DNA of 64,000 bases, from positions 2,208,001 through 2,272,000 of the forward strand of contig OZ241869.1 of assembly GCA_965202805.1 (NCBI GenBank), given 5' to 3'. The number at the start of each line of letters is the position of its first letter. The first letter of the stretch is position 1. The position numbers and the translations under genes were made by a program. The stretch comes from Longimicrobiales bacterium. Lineage in GTDB: Bacteria; Gemmatimonadota; Gemmatimonadetes; Longimicrobiales; Gaopeijiaceae. The notes beneath the pieces were generated by a model, which had not been told where the DNA came from, did not search any database, and worked only from the letters and a program-made list of their open reading frames with translations. Of this stretch, positions 18,377 to 27,902 are shown piece by piece.

Positions 18377-19215
18377 CAGAGGATCCTCCAGTCGGTCCAG
18401 ATGCCCATGGAGCAGAGGCGCACGTAGACGTCGCTGAACCCGACCCACACGAGGCTCATCCAGGCCCAGAGCATGTGGCGCCGGTTGAGGCAGCTCACGC
18501 CCCTGTGGGCCTCGCGGCGCAGCGGACGCCCGGAGAGCCTGTTCAGCCCGCCGCCCACCAGATGGCGCAGGGAGTGGCATCCGAAGGTGTAGCCGCCGAG
18601 GAGCACGACGTTGGTCAGCAGCACCAGCGAGCCAAGGCCGATGCCGAAGGCCTCGCCCCCGCCCGGGGCCTCGAACCAGAACCCCTTCCAGGCGTCATAG
18701 GAGAGGATGCCGATGAAGATGACGGCGACGTACAGGAAGTAGCGGTGGATGTTCTGCATGATGAGGGGAAATGAGTGCTCGCCCCGATAGCCCTTGCGCG
18801 GCTCGCCGACCGTGCACGAGGGCGGATCGGCCCAGAAGGCCTTGTAGTACGCGCCGCGGTAGTAGTAGCAGGTGAAGCGGAAGCCCAGCGGCGCCCACAG
18901 GATCATGAACGCGGGCGACCAGCGCAGCCATCCCAGCCATGAGTCCGCCCACCAGGCAGGCGACGGTCCCAGCCAGGCATGGTGGGAGTCGCCCAGCAGC
19001 TCGGGCGAATAGAAGGGGGAGAGGTAGTTGCCGAAGGTGTAGAACTCGCCCTGGAACGCGGCCCAGGTCGAGTAGATGCCGAAGGCGGAGAGCCCCGTGA
19101 AGACCGCCAGCGGCTGTACCCACCATCGGTCCCGGCGCATGGTGCCGCCGAACGGATTGCGGGCGGCCAGGGAAGTCGGGTTTCGGACCGGAAGCGAGGT
19201 CGTGCCTGACGCCAT
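18376..19215 (-). CDS. SDH membrane anchor, mycobacterial Sdh1 (Rv0249c)-like
   Basis: YLSPFYSP, GFRFTCYYYRGAYY, QNIHRYF, YTFGCHSLRH, HMLWAW; AGGAGG RBS; TGATG overlap with sdhA. Confidence 0.85.
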   Translation of the reverse strand: MASGTTSLPVRNPTSLAARNPFGGTMRRDRWWVQPLAVFTGLSAFGIYSTWAAFQGEFYTFGNYLSPFYSPELLGDSHHAWLGPSPAWWADSWLGWLRWSPAFMILWAPLGFRFTCYYYRGAYYKAFWADPPSCTVGEPRKGYRGEHSFPLIMQNIHRYFLYVAVIFIGILSYDAWKGFWFEAPGGGEAFGIGLGSLVLLTNVVLLGGYTFGCHSLRHLVGGGLNRLSGRPLRREAHRGVSCLNRRHMLWAWMSLVWVGFSDVYVRLCSMGIWTDWRIL

Positions 19216-19493
19216 TCCTATCCTCCTGCGAGCGCCCGTGCGGCGCTTCTGTGAGATGGTGGGCGAACCTGCCGGTCGTGGTCGCCGGGGGCGCCCTTCC
19301 GCCGCGCCGTCGCGGCCCTGCCCGGGCCGGAGCACGCGGCGTGCAGAAGAATATCCCCGGGACGGTCACACGCCAATACGCGACGGGGGGACCGGGGTCG
19401 GATCCGGGGACGAGGGCGCGCCCGGGCAAGGGGTGCCGGCCGGGGCGCGGCGACCGGGAGTCAGGGCCCCGGATGCGGAGGCGGGAGTCGCGA

Positions 19494-20207
19494 TTACCGC
19501 GCCGGATGCGGGTCGTCCCGGCGCCCGATCGCGCAGGCCCGGTTCCAGACGGCGTCGAACATCTCCTCGGTGAGCTTGCCGGTGAAGGTGTTCTGCTGGG
19601 AGGGATGGTAGGAGGCCAGCACGGTCAGGTCAGGGCGGATGCGCACCTCCACCGCGTGGCCGAAGCGGGGGAGGGGACGTGGAAGCGCCTCCCCGCGGTC
19701 GCGGAGGAGGCGGAGCACCACCGAGAACGCGAAGGCGCCGAGCGCGACCACCACGCGCAGGTCGGGCAGCAGATCCCACTCGCGCTCGAGGAACGGGCGG
19801 CAGGCGTCGCGCTCGGCGGGGGTGGGGCGGTTCGCCGGGGGTGCACAGCGGACCGCCGCGGTGATCCAGGTCCCCCGCAGGGCCAGGCCGTCGTCGCGCG
19901 ACACAGACTCCGGCCGGGTGGCGAGCCCCGCGCGGTGGAGCGCTCCGTAGAGCAGGTCGCCCGAGCGGTCGCCGGTGAACATGCGGCCGGTGCGGTTGGA
20001 GCCGTGCGCGCCCGGCGCCAGCCCGACCACCACCAGCCAGGCGGCGGGGTCCCCGAATCCGGGCACCGGCCGACCCCAGTACTCCTCGGTGGCGTAGGCC
20101 GCGCGCTTCGTCCGCGCCACCTCCTCCCGCCACTCGACCAGCCGCGGGCAGCGGCGGCAGGCGCTCACCTCGGTGGCGAGAGCGGTGAGGGGATGGGTGG
20201 GGATCAC
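19494..20207 (-). CDS. udgB: Uracil-DNA glycosylase family 5 (UdgB-like, Fe-S)
   Basis: CRRCPRL, GLAPGAHGSNRTGRMFTGD, RCAPP, YHPSQQN. Confidence 0.9.
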   Translation of the reverse strand: MIPTHPLTALATEVSACRRCPRLVEWREEVARTKRAAYATEEYWGRPVPGFGDPAAWLVVVGLAPGAHGSNRTGRMFTGDRSGDLLYGALHRAGLATRPESVSRDDGLALRGTWITAAVRCAPPANRPTPAERDACRPFLEREWDLLPDLRVVVALGAFAFSVVLRLLRDRGEALPRPLPRFGHAVEVRIRPDLTVLASYHPSQQNTFTGKLTEEMFDAVWNRACAIGRRDDPHPAR

Positions 20208-20217
20208 GATCGGCGGC

Positions 20218-22605
20218 TCATCGCGCGCGTCCGTCGTGGAGGTGCAGCGCGCCCGGCGTCCCCGAAGCCGTGTCCCTCGACAGGACCGTCCCGATCACGA
20301 CCGCCCGCGGGCAGCCGGCCGCGCGCAGGGCCTTCACACAGGCCTCTGCCCGGTCGGCCGGGACGCCGGCGAGCAGCCCGCCCGCCGTCTGCGGGTCGAA
20401 GAGGAGCTGGGTGGCGGGATCGCCGATCACTCCGGGGGCGGCGCGTACCGACTGCAGCGCGCGCAGGTTCTGGTCGTGGAGCGAGGAGAAGATGCCGAGC
20501 CGGGCCACGTCGAGTGCGCCGTCCAGGAAGGGCACGTCGGCGAGGCCGACCGAAACCTGCACCCCCGACGCGCGCGCCATCTCGAGCAGGTGGCCGGCGA
20601 GACCGAAGCCGGTCACGTCGGTGGCGGCGGTGGCTCCGTGTTCGCCGAGGATCCGCGCCGCGGGCCGGTGGGATTCCTGCATGACGGCGAGCGCGGCGTC
20701 GAGCCAGAGGCTCTGCGCCCTGCCCCGCATCTCCGCGGCGAAGATCACGCCGGTGCCGATCGGCCGGGTAAGCACCAGGCGATCACCCGGACGCATGCCC
20801 GACTTGCGCAGCAGATCTTCGGGGGGCGCCGTCCCGGTTACGGAGAACCCCATGGCGAGTTCTCCCCCCTCGCTGGTGTGTCCGCCCACCAACGCCACGC
20901 CGTCGCGCTCCAGAACCTCGAGCGCTCCCGCCATGAGCTGCGTGAGATCCTCCTCCATCTTCTCTTCCGCGGCGAGTGGCAGCGTCACCATCGCCATCGC
21001 CGCCACCGGCTCCGCGCCCATCGCAAAGACGTCGCCGAGCGCATGGTTGGCGGTGATGCGGCCGAAGAGGAAGGGATCCTCGATGAAGGAGCGGAAGAAG
21101 TCGACGCTCTGCACGGCCACCTGCCCCGCGGGAACCTGCACCACGGCCGCGTCGTCGGGGGCGTCCAGGCCGACCATCACGCTCGGATGACCGGCGGCGC
21201 CCAGCCGGGCCAGCGAACGGAAGAGCAGCTCGCTGCCCACCTTGGAGCCGCATCCTCCGCAGCGCATCGCGGGACCGGGCTCTGCAGGGGCCACGCGCCG
21301 ACCTTCCACCGCGGCCCCGGCCTTCGACGCGCCCGCCGACGACGGCCCGTCGTCAACTCCCGCCCCATCCATCGATGGCAGCTCGGTGTAGTCCCGGATG
21401 AAGCGCCGATCGATGCGGTCCTTCCAGGTCCAGACCCAGCGACCCGCGACCGTCAGCCCGTTGCGGGCAGCGACGGCATGGCGCCGGCCGGTGGAGATCA
21501 GGCTCAGGTATTCGCGCTGGGGACGGAAGCCGGCAAGGGGCGCTCCGCGCAGGCGCCGCTCGAGGTTGCGGGCGAGCGGCGGCCCCTGGCGAACCGCAAA
21601 GACGCCGGCCTTGGGACGCGGATGCCCTTCGACCGCGGCGATATCCCCGGCGGCGAAGACATCGGGATGGGACAGGGTCTGCAGGGTGTCGCGCACCCGG
21701 ATGAAGCCGCGCTCGTCCACCTGCAGACCGGATTCCCGGGGCCAGTCCGGCGCTCCCGCGGTCGTGACCCAGAGCAGCTCGTCGAAGGTGGCGCCGGATC
21801 CGTTTGCGAAATGCAGGCGATGGCCGTCCACGCGCACCACGCGGTGATCGGTGTGAACCACGATGCCGTCGTCCTCGAGGATCCGCGCGAACAGCGTGCG
21901 CATGCGCCCGGGGTATGCGGGAAGGATCTCGCTGGAATCGGTGAAGAGTTCGATGCCCACGTTGTCCTGGGGCCGCCCGGCGGCTTCGGCGGCGCGCGCG
22001 AGGCCATAGCGGATCGAGAGCGCGATCTCCACGCCTCCGGCGCCGCCGCCCACAATCCCGATCGAGACCGGGCCCGAGGTAGCGGCGACACGCTCGCGGA
22101 GCTGTGTCCAGCGCGCGAAGAAGCCGTCGATGGGCTTGACCGGGACGACCGAGTCCTCGGCACCGGCAACTCTCCGAACGCCGGGTGCCGAACCCGTATT
22201 CAGCGAGAGCACGTCGAAGGCCACCGGCGGACGCCCGGCGCACAGCACCCGCTTGTTTTCGAGATCGACCCCCACCACCTGATCGCGCAGAAAGCGGGCT
22301 CGAGCGAAGCGCGCCAGCGGGGCCAGATCGATGTGGGCGTCCGAGAAGGTGTAGTGGCCGGCGATCAACCCCGGCAGCATCCCGGAGTAGGGAGCGTTCG
22401 ATTCCCGCGAGATGAGGGTGAGACGGACCCCGGGAAGCGGCTTCATGCCGAAGTGCTTGAGTACGGCGACATGGGTGTGCCCGCCGCCGACCAGCACGAG
22501 ATCCTCGGTCACCGGTCGAGGCGGCGACCCCATGGCACCCATGCGCATGGCCTGAAGATGCCGCTTCGGCGAGGAGTCGTTCAAGGTTGAGGTTGCCGGG
22601 GACAT
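20218..22605 (-). CDS. selD: Selenide, water dikinase fused to an N-terminal FAD-dependent pyridine nucleotide-disulfide oxidoreductase domain
   Basis: N-terminus LVGGGHTH, YSGMLPG, GGGAGGVE, FAAGD, KAGVFAVRQG; C-terminus CGGCGSK, DDAA, VDFF, GGHT, TDVTGFGL, DPQTAGGLL. Confidence 0.92.
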   Translation of the reverse strand: MSPATSTLNDSSPKRHLQAMRMGAMGSPPRPVTEDLVLVGGGHTHVAVLKHFGMKPLPGVRLTLISRESNAPYSGMLPGLIAGHYTFSDAHIDLAPLARFARARFLRDQVVGVDLENKRVLCAGRPPVAFDVLSLNTGSAPGVRRVAGAEDSVVPVKPIDGFFARWTQLRERVAATSGPVSIGIVGGGAGGVEIALSIRYGLARAAEAAGRPQDNVGIELFTDSSEILPAYPGRMRTLFARILEDDGIVVHTDHRVVRVDGHRLHFANGSGATFDELLWVTTAGAPDWPRESGLQVDERGFIRVRDTLQTLSHPDVFAAGDIAAVEGHPRPKAGVFAVRQGPPLARNLERRLRGAPLAGFRPQREYLSLISTGRRHAVAARNGLTVAGRWVWTWKDRIDRRFIRDYTELPSMDGAGVDDGPSSAGASKAGAAVEGRRVAPAEPGPAMRCGGCGSKVGSELLFRSLARLGAAGHPSVMVGLDAPDDAAVVQVPAGQVAVQSVDFFRSFIEDPFLFGRITANHALGDVFAMGAEPVAAMAMVTLPLAAEEKMEEDLTQLMAGALEVLERDGVALVGGHTSEGGELAMGFSVTGTAPPEDLLRKSGMRPGDRLVLTRPIGTGVIFAAEMRGRAQSLWLDAALAVMQESHRPAARILGEHGATAATDVTGFGLAGHLLEMARASGVQVSVGLADVPFLDGALDVARLGIFSSLHDQNLRALQSVRAAPGVIGDPATQLLFDPQTAGGLLAGVPADRAEACVKALRAAGCPRAVVIGTVLSRDTASGTPGALHLHDGRAR

Positions 22606-22650
22606 GACGCGGGCCGAAGGCGCGGGTGCGCATTCCGCCCCCGGGGGAGC

Positions 22651-23592
22651 CTACGGTCCGGGCTCTTCCCCGCGCGCGGCCAGTTCCGACGGAAGCAGGG
22701 CCGCGTGCATGAACTGGTTGAGCGGTGTGGCCACCCCGCACGCGCGACCCAGGCGGACCACCGCGCCGCTCAATTGCTCCAGCTCCGAGGGCCGGCCCGC
22801 TGCGATGTCGCGGTGCATGGAGGGGATCGAGCCGTGGGGGAGGCCGTCCAGGAAGGCCAGCGCAGCCGCGATCACGCCCTCGGGCAGCCGCACCCCGCGG
22901 GCCTCGGCCACCGCGGCAGTCTCCTCCATCGAGCGCCGCAGCAGGCCGCGTGCGGCCGGGGTGGCGCGCACTCGGCCAAGCGGCACCCGCGCCACCGAAC
23001 ACACCCCGCTCACGGGGGCCATGAGGAGGAGCTTGTGCCAGAGCTCCGCCTCGATGTCGTCGGAGACCACCACGGAAACGCCCGGGGCCCGCTCCAGCGC
23101 TTCCGCCAGCCGGTCGCAGCGGCCGGTGCGCCGCCCGTCCCGCTCCCCCATCACGATCACCGGGTCGATGCCGGTGTGCCGGATGCGGCCGGGCTCGACC
23201 AGTTCGCACAGGATGCGGGTCAGGCCGCCGGCCACCGCCTCGGCGGGCAGCGACCGTTCCAGCTGGGCCGGCGCCTCCACTCCGTTCTGGAGCGGCACCA
23301 CCACGGTGTGCCCGCCCACCAGCGGCCGGAGTGCCCGGCCGGCCGCCTCGACCTGCCAGGTCTTGGTCGTGACCAGCACCGCGTCCGTCTTCCCGAGCAA
23401 CGCGGGGGCGTCGGTGGCGGCGACGCGCTCCAGGCGCACGTCCCCGGCGATGCTCTCAATCCGCAGGCCGTCCGACCGCAGCGCCGCCAGCTGGCGCCCG
23501 CGCGCGACGAAGACGACTTCCTCTCCCGCCTCGACCAGGCGAGCTCCGAAGTAGCCGCCGACGGCGCCGGCTCCGTAGATCACGATTCGCAT
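22651..23592 (-). CDS. panE: 2-dehydropantoate 2-reductase
   Basis: GAGAVGGYFG, LQNG, LWHK, SMHRD...SELE. Confidence 0.9.
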   Translation of the reverse strand: MRIVIYGAGAVGGYFGARLVEAGEEVVFVARGRQLAALRSDGLRIESIAGDVRLERVAATDAPALLGKTDAVLVTTKTWQVEAAGRALRPLVGGHTVVVPLQNGVEAPAQLERSLPAEAVAGGLTRILCELVEPGRIRHTGIDPVIVMGERDGRRTGRCDRLAEALERAPGVSVVVSDDIEAELWHKLLLMAPVSGVCSVARVPLGRVRATPAARGLLRRSMEETAAVAEARGVRLPEGVIAAALAFLDGLPHGSIPSMHRDIAAGRPSELEQLSGAVVRLGRACGVATPLNQFMHAALLPSELAARGEEPGP

Positions 23593-23699
23593 GACCCGCT
23601 CCATGACTTGAGACCCGCAGGCTTTCGCGCGCCCGCACAATTATCTTGGAAGCGCGAAAAGGAAAGTTCTGCATCCCCCAACGTCCGGAGGTTCCCGGC

Positions 23700-25103
23700 A
23701 TGTCCAACCGGTTTCGCGTCGAGCGTGATTCGCTGGGCGAAGTCCATGTTCCCGCCGACGCCCTCTACGGGGCCCAGACGCAGCGCGCCTTCGAGAACTT
23801 CCCCATAAGCGGCCAGCGCTTCGGGCGCCGCTTCATCCAGGCGCTGGGGCTGATCAAGAAATCCGCCGCGCGCGTCAACCGCGAACTGGGATACCTGGAC
23901 GGCCACACCGCGCGGGCGATCGCCGGGGCCGCCGACGAGGTGGCCCGCGGCGACCGCGACGGCGAGTTCGTGCTCGACGTCTACCAGACCGGATCCGGGA
24001 CGTCCTCGAACATGAACGCGAACGAGGTGATCGCGGCGCTGGCCAACCGCATCCTGGAGGGCTCGGGGGCCGCGCCCGTGCATCCCAACGACCACGTCAA
24101 CTTCGGCCAGTCCTCCAACGACGTGATCCCGACCGCCATCCACGTCTCGGCGCGCACCGGCATCGAGGAGGAGCTGATTCCCGCGCTCGAGCACCTGCGC
24201 GGGCTGCTCGCGGCGAAGGGGGAGGCCTTCGACGACGTGCTCAAGTCGGGCCGCACCCACCTGATGGATGCGACCCCGGTGCGGCTGGGCCAGGAGTTCG
24301 GCGGCTACGCGATGCAGGTCACGCGCGCCATCGAGCGCCTGCGGCACGCCTCGGCGGAGCTGGGCGAACTCGCGCTGGGCGGCACCGCGACCGGAACCGG
24401 CATCAACACGCACCCCGATTTCGCTCGTCTCACCATCCGGCATCTCTCCCGCGAGACCGGTCTCGCGTTTCGGGAAGCGGAGGACCATTTCGCGGCGCAG
24501 GGCGGGCAGGACGCCTGCGTGAGCGCCTCCGGAGCCCTGAACGCGGCCGCGGCCGGCCTGATGAAGATCGCCGACGACATTCGCTGGCTCTCATCGGGAC
24601 CGACGTCCGGCATTCACGAGATCCGGCTCCCCTCCGTGCAACCGGGGAGTTCCATCATGCCCGGCAAGGTGAACCCGGTCATGTCCGAGGCACTGATGAT
24701 GGTCGCGGCCCGCGTGGCCGGGAACCACACCACCGTCACCATCGCGGGCAGCCGCGGCAACTTCGAGCTGAACGTCATGCTGCCGGTGATCGCTCATTCG
24801 CTGCTGGAGTCGATCACGCTGCTCGCGGGGGCGAGCCGCGCCTTCGCGGACCGGTGCGTGGCCGGCATCGAGGCCAACCGGGAGCGGGCGCGCGAACTGC
24901 TCGACAGGAACCCCGCGATCGCGACCGCTCTCAACCCCTACATCGGCTACGACGCGGCCGCCAGGGTGGCCAAGGAGGCCGCGCGCGAGGGCAGGGCCGT
25001 GCGCGAAGTGGTGCGGGAGAGACGTCTGCTTGACGAAGAGACGCTGGAGGAGGCGCTGGACGTGCGCGGAATGACGAAGCCGGGGTTGCCGGAGAAGGGG
25101 TAG
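23700..25103 (+). CDS. fumC: Class II fumarate hydratase
   Basis: [47 protein letters not shown]. Confidence 0.95.
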   Translation: MSNRFRVERDSLGEVHVPADALYGAQTQRAFENFPISGQRFGRRFIQALGLIKKSAARVNRELGYLDGHTARAIAGAADEVARGDRDGEFVLDVYQTGSGTSSNMNANEVIAALANRILEGSGAAPVHPNDHVNFGQSSNDVIPTAIHVSARTGIEEELIPALEHLRGLLAAKGEAFDDVLKSGRTHLMDATPVRLGQEFGGYAMQVTRAIERLRHASAELGELALGGTATGTGINTHPDFARLTIRHLSRETGLAFREAEDHFAAQGGQDACVSASGALNAAAAGLMKIADDIRWLSSGPTSGIHEIRLPSVQPGSSIMPGKVNPVMSEALMMVAARVAGNHTTVTIAGSRGNFELNVMLPVIAHSLLESITLLAGASRAFADRCVAGIEANRERARELLDRNPAIATALNPYIGYDAAARVAKEAAREGRAVREVVRERRLLDEETLEEALDVRGMTKPGLPEKG

Positions 25104-25136
25104 GCGAGCGCGAGCCGCCTGCGATGGAGTCGCAGC

Positions 25137-25167
25137 GATTAGCTAAACTAACCGGACTAAGCTAATC
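25137..25167. repeat. AT-rich inverted repeat between convergent genes
   Basis: GATTAGCT-N15-AGCTAATC containing four CTAA tetramers. Confidence 0.55.
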
Positions 25168-25905
25168 TCCCGGCCCGGACAGCCGGTTGACCGCCTCCTC
25201 GAAGGAGGAGATGCCTTCCTCGCCGTTGAGCCTGACCTCCCCGGTCAGCTCCCCGCCCCGGTTGACCACGAAGGTGGGCGTCCCCTCAACCTCCAGCAAC
25301 TGGGCCAGGTTCATATCGCTCAGGATGAGGGGCGCGACCGTGTCGCGGATGAGGCAGGCCTGGAACTCCTCCAGAGGCAGATTGATGTCGGCCGCGAACT
25401 GGAGGAAGACGGGTATCGGGTCCTGCAGCGGCTGCCACACGCTCTGGTTCATGTAGAGGCGGTGCTGCATCGCTTCGAAGCCCTGCCTGTCGTTCAGTCC
25501 ACCGGCGCAAAGGGCGGCTTCGGCCGCGTGATACCCGCGCATGAGGCGGGCCAGCGGAAACATGCGCACCACGAAGTTGGCCCGGGCGGTGTCCACGAAG
25601 GTCGCCTTCAGGGAGTCGGTGCGCAGGATGTAGAAGGACCGGCAGGTGGGGCAGCCGAAGTCGACGAACTCGTCGATGCGCGCCAGGGTGGAGTCCACCA
25701 TGTAGATGCGCGAGTTGTCGGCACGCTCCAGGAATTCCACGTCCATCATGCTGAGCGCGATCCCGGCGGCGGCTTCCTGCTGCAGCGCGCTGGCCGGCGT
25801 GGGGATCGTCCCGGCCAGGATGAGCGCGGGAATCATCGCCCGCCCGGCACGCTGAATCGTCTTTCGCATGGCTTCAAACGCCGCTCGGCGGCCCGCCCTC
25901 GACAT
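25162..25905 (-). CDS. DsbA-family thioredoxin-fold protein
   Basis: Signal peptide, DFGCPTC, AAEAALCA, GTPTF cis-Pro loop. Confidence 0.85.
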   Translation of the reverse strand: MSRAGRRAAFEAMRKTIQRAGRAMIPALILAGTIPTPASALQQEAAAGIALSMMDVEFLERADNSRIYMVDSTLARIDEFVDFGCPTCRSFYILRTDSLKATFVDTARANFVVRMFPLARLMRGYHAAEAALCAGGLNDRQGFEAMQHRLYMNQSVWQPLQDPIPVFLQFAADINLPLEEFQACLIRDTVAPLILSDMNLAQLLEVEGTPTFVVNRGGELTGEVRLNGEEGISSFEEAVNRLSGPGD

Positions 25906-26001
25906 GGAAGATGCTCCTTTCTGGATGGTGCAGCGGACCGTGGGTCCGGTTTTCGCGCAGGATGCGGCTACCGCCGTGTACCGGTGTGGGAGGCCGAGGG
26001 T

Positions 26002-26376
26002 TCAGCGACCTCTGGGAATCAGACGAACGAAGCCGGCCTGGATCAGGAGATCGAAGACTTCACCGGCGGCGACCGCCAGTTCCTGTGTCCGGTAAACGCC
26101 ACCGCCCAGCAGATCGACCTCGAAGCCGATGGTGGGCAGCCTCCACTCGCGCGTAAACCGCTCCCGCGTCTTTCCCGACACGTTTCCGAGGCGCGTGCGG
26201 CCGCCGCCGGTGGAGATGTAGATGCGCGCGTCGTTGAAGTCGAGGTTGTCCACATAGATCGTGACGTCCCGGTTCGGTTCGGCGCCGATGCCGGTGGGCG
26301 CGCGTCGCTGTCCCGTGCAGCCGGCAACCAGCAGGGTCGCCAGCACGCAGAGCGCAAACAGGGGTCGAGTTGTCAT
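26002..26376 (-). CDS. Hypothetical lipoprotein
   Basis: GGAGGAGG RBS; lipobox LVAGC; small beta-rich domain. Confidence 0.75.
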   Translation of the reverse strand: MTTRPLFALCVLATLLVAGCTGQRRAPTGIGAEPNRDVTIYVDNLDFNDARIYISTGGGRTRLGNVSGKTRERFTREWRLPTIGFEVDLLGGGVYRTQELAVAAGEVFDLLIQAGFVRLIPRGR

Positions 26377-26653
26377 GATACCTCCTCCCGCGGGGACCGG
26401 AGCCGGCTGGTCGCCGGCGGTCCGTGGTTTCCTGCCTGTGTACATTGTATCGCGCGTGGCGCGGGCCTGCTACCGAAACAGGTCCCCGCGGGCGGGCTCG
26501 ACCGAGGGGCCTGGGCGGCGGGGTTGCCCGCGCGACATTCGCTGATGAAGCTGATGCACGGTTCGGACCGGCTCGCTGGCGTTCGTGGCGGGCGGCAGGC
26601 AACCATCGATCCATGAGGCACAGGATGCCGACAGCGGTCGGGAGGCGGGCGGC

Positions 26654-27871
26654 ATGGCGAGGGTGACGCGGTTCCCGGACGACCTGGTGGCGCGCATGCC
26701 GGGGGCGGATGCGATCACCCTGATCGTGCTCGACGGCGTGGGCGGACTCCCGCACCCCGCCACCGGCCTGACCGAACTGGAGTCCGCGACCACGCCCAAC
26801 CTGGACGCGATGGCCGCGGAGAGTTCGCTGGGGATGCACGTGCCGGTCGCGCCCGGGGTCACGCCCGGGAGCGGCCCCGCCCACCTAGCCCTGTTCGGGT
26901 ACGACCCCGTCCGCTACCTGATCGGGCGCGGTGTGCTGGCCGCGCTGGGGGTCGGGTTTCGGCTGCGCGAAGGGGATGTGGCCGCCCGGCTCAACCTCGC
27001 CACCCTGGACGGGCGGGGCCGCGTGACCGACCGCCGCGCGGGTCGGCCCGACAACGGGGAGGGGCGGCGCCTGGTGCGCCGGTTGCGGGAGGGCGTGTTC
27101 GCGCCCCCCGGGGTGGACCTCCACTTCCAGCACGTCATGGAGCACCGCGCGGTGATGGTGCTGCGCGGCGACGGCCTGGGCGCGGAGGTCTCGGACACCG
27201 ACCCGCAGCGCACCCGCCTCCCGCCCCATCCCCCCCGGGCCCCCGACGGCGACTTGCCCTCCGCCCGCACGGCGGAGGCTGCCGGCCGCATCCTGGAGCA
27301 GGCGGCGGCGGTGCTGGCCGACGAGCCCGTCGCCAACGGGGTGCTCGCCCGCGGGTTCGCCGAATACCGCGCGCCGCCCGGCTTTTCCCGGCGGTACGGG
27401 CTGAAGGCGGTGGCGGTGGCGCGCTATCCCATGTACCGCGGGGTGGCCGGTCTCGTCGGGATGGAGCTCGCTGGAACCCCGGCCTCCGATGAGGAAGCGG
27501 TGGAGCTGATGCAGGCCGCCGCCGGACACGCCGACTTCCGCTTTTTCCACTACAAGGCCACGGATTCCCGAGGGGAGGACGGGGATTTCGAGGGCAAGGT
27601 GGCCGCCATCGAGGCGATCGACCATCTCCTCCCGGGGCTGGACGACGGGGGCGTGATGATCGTCACCGGTGACCACAGCACCCCCGCGACCCTTGCCGGT
27701 CATTCCTGGCACGCGGTGCCGCTCCTGATCCGGTCGCGCCGGGCCCGTCCCAGCGGGCGCCGCCTGACCGAGAACACGTGCCGGCGGGGCGATCTGGGCA
27801 CCATCGCCGCGCGCCACATCATGTCGCTGGCCTTGGCGCACGCGGGGCGGCTGGCGAAATTCGGCAGTTGA
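26654..27871 (+). CDS. apgM: 2,3-bisphosphoglycerate-independent phosphoglycerate mutase, archaeal type
   Basis: LDGVGG, TPNLD, PGSGPAHLALFGY, DRRAGR, TGDHSTP...HS. Confidence 0.88.
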   Translation: MARVTRFPDDLVARMPGADAITLIVLDGVGGLPHPATGLTELESATTPNLDAMAAESSLGMHVPVAPGVTPGSGPAHLALFGYDPVRYLIGRGVLAALGVGFRLREGDVAARLNLATLDGRGRVTDRRAGRPDNGEGRRLVRRLREGVFAPPGVDLHFQHVMEHRAVMVLRGDGLGAEVSDTDPQRTRLPPHPPRAPDGDLPSARTAEAAGRILEQAAAVLADEPVANGVLARGFAEYRAPPGFSRRYGLKAVAVARYPMYRGVAGLVGMELAGTPASDEEAVELMQAAAGHADFRFFHYKATDSRGEDGDFEGKVAAIEAIDHLLPGLDDGGVMIVTGDHSTPATLAGHSWHAVPLLIRSRRARPSGRRLTENTCRRGDLGTIAARHIMSLALAHAGRLAKFGS

Positions 27872-27902
27872 AGTTCGCGTCTTCCGCTGCCGGCAGGCAC
27901 CC

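Noticed and set aside
20218..22605. Selenocysteine (UGA) recoding in SelD or the nearby redox proteins
   Set aside because: SelD, DsbA (CPTC) and TlpA (CGPC) all use Cys codons and have uninterrupted ORFs.
25137..25167. Integron att site or dif site
   Set aside because: No proper GTTRRRY/RYYYAAC pair, no match to the XerC/D consensus, and no integrase.
26471..26556. GAAAC..GTC and CTGATGA suggesting a hammerhead ribozyme
   Set aside because: The stems flanking the core cannot be formed.
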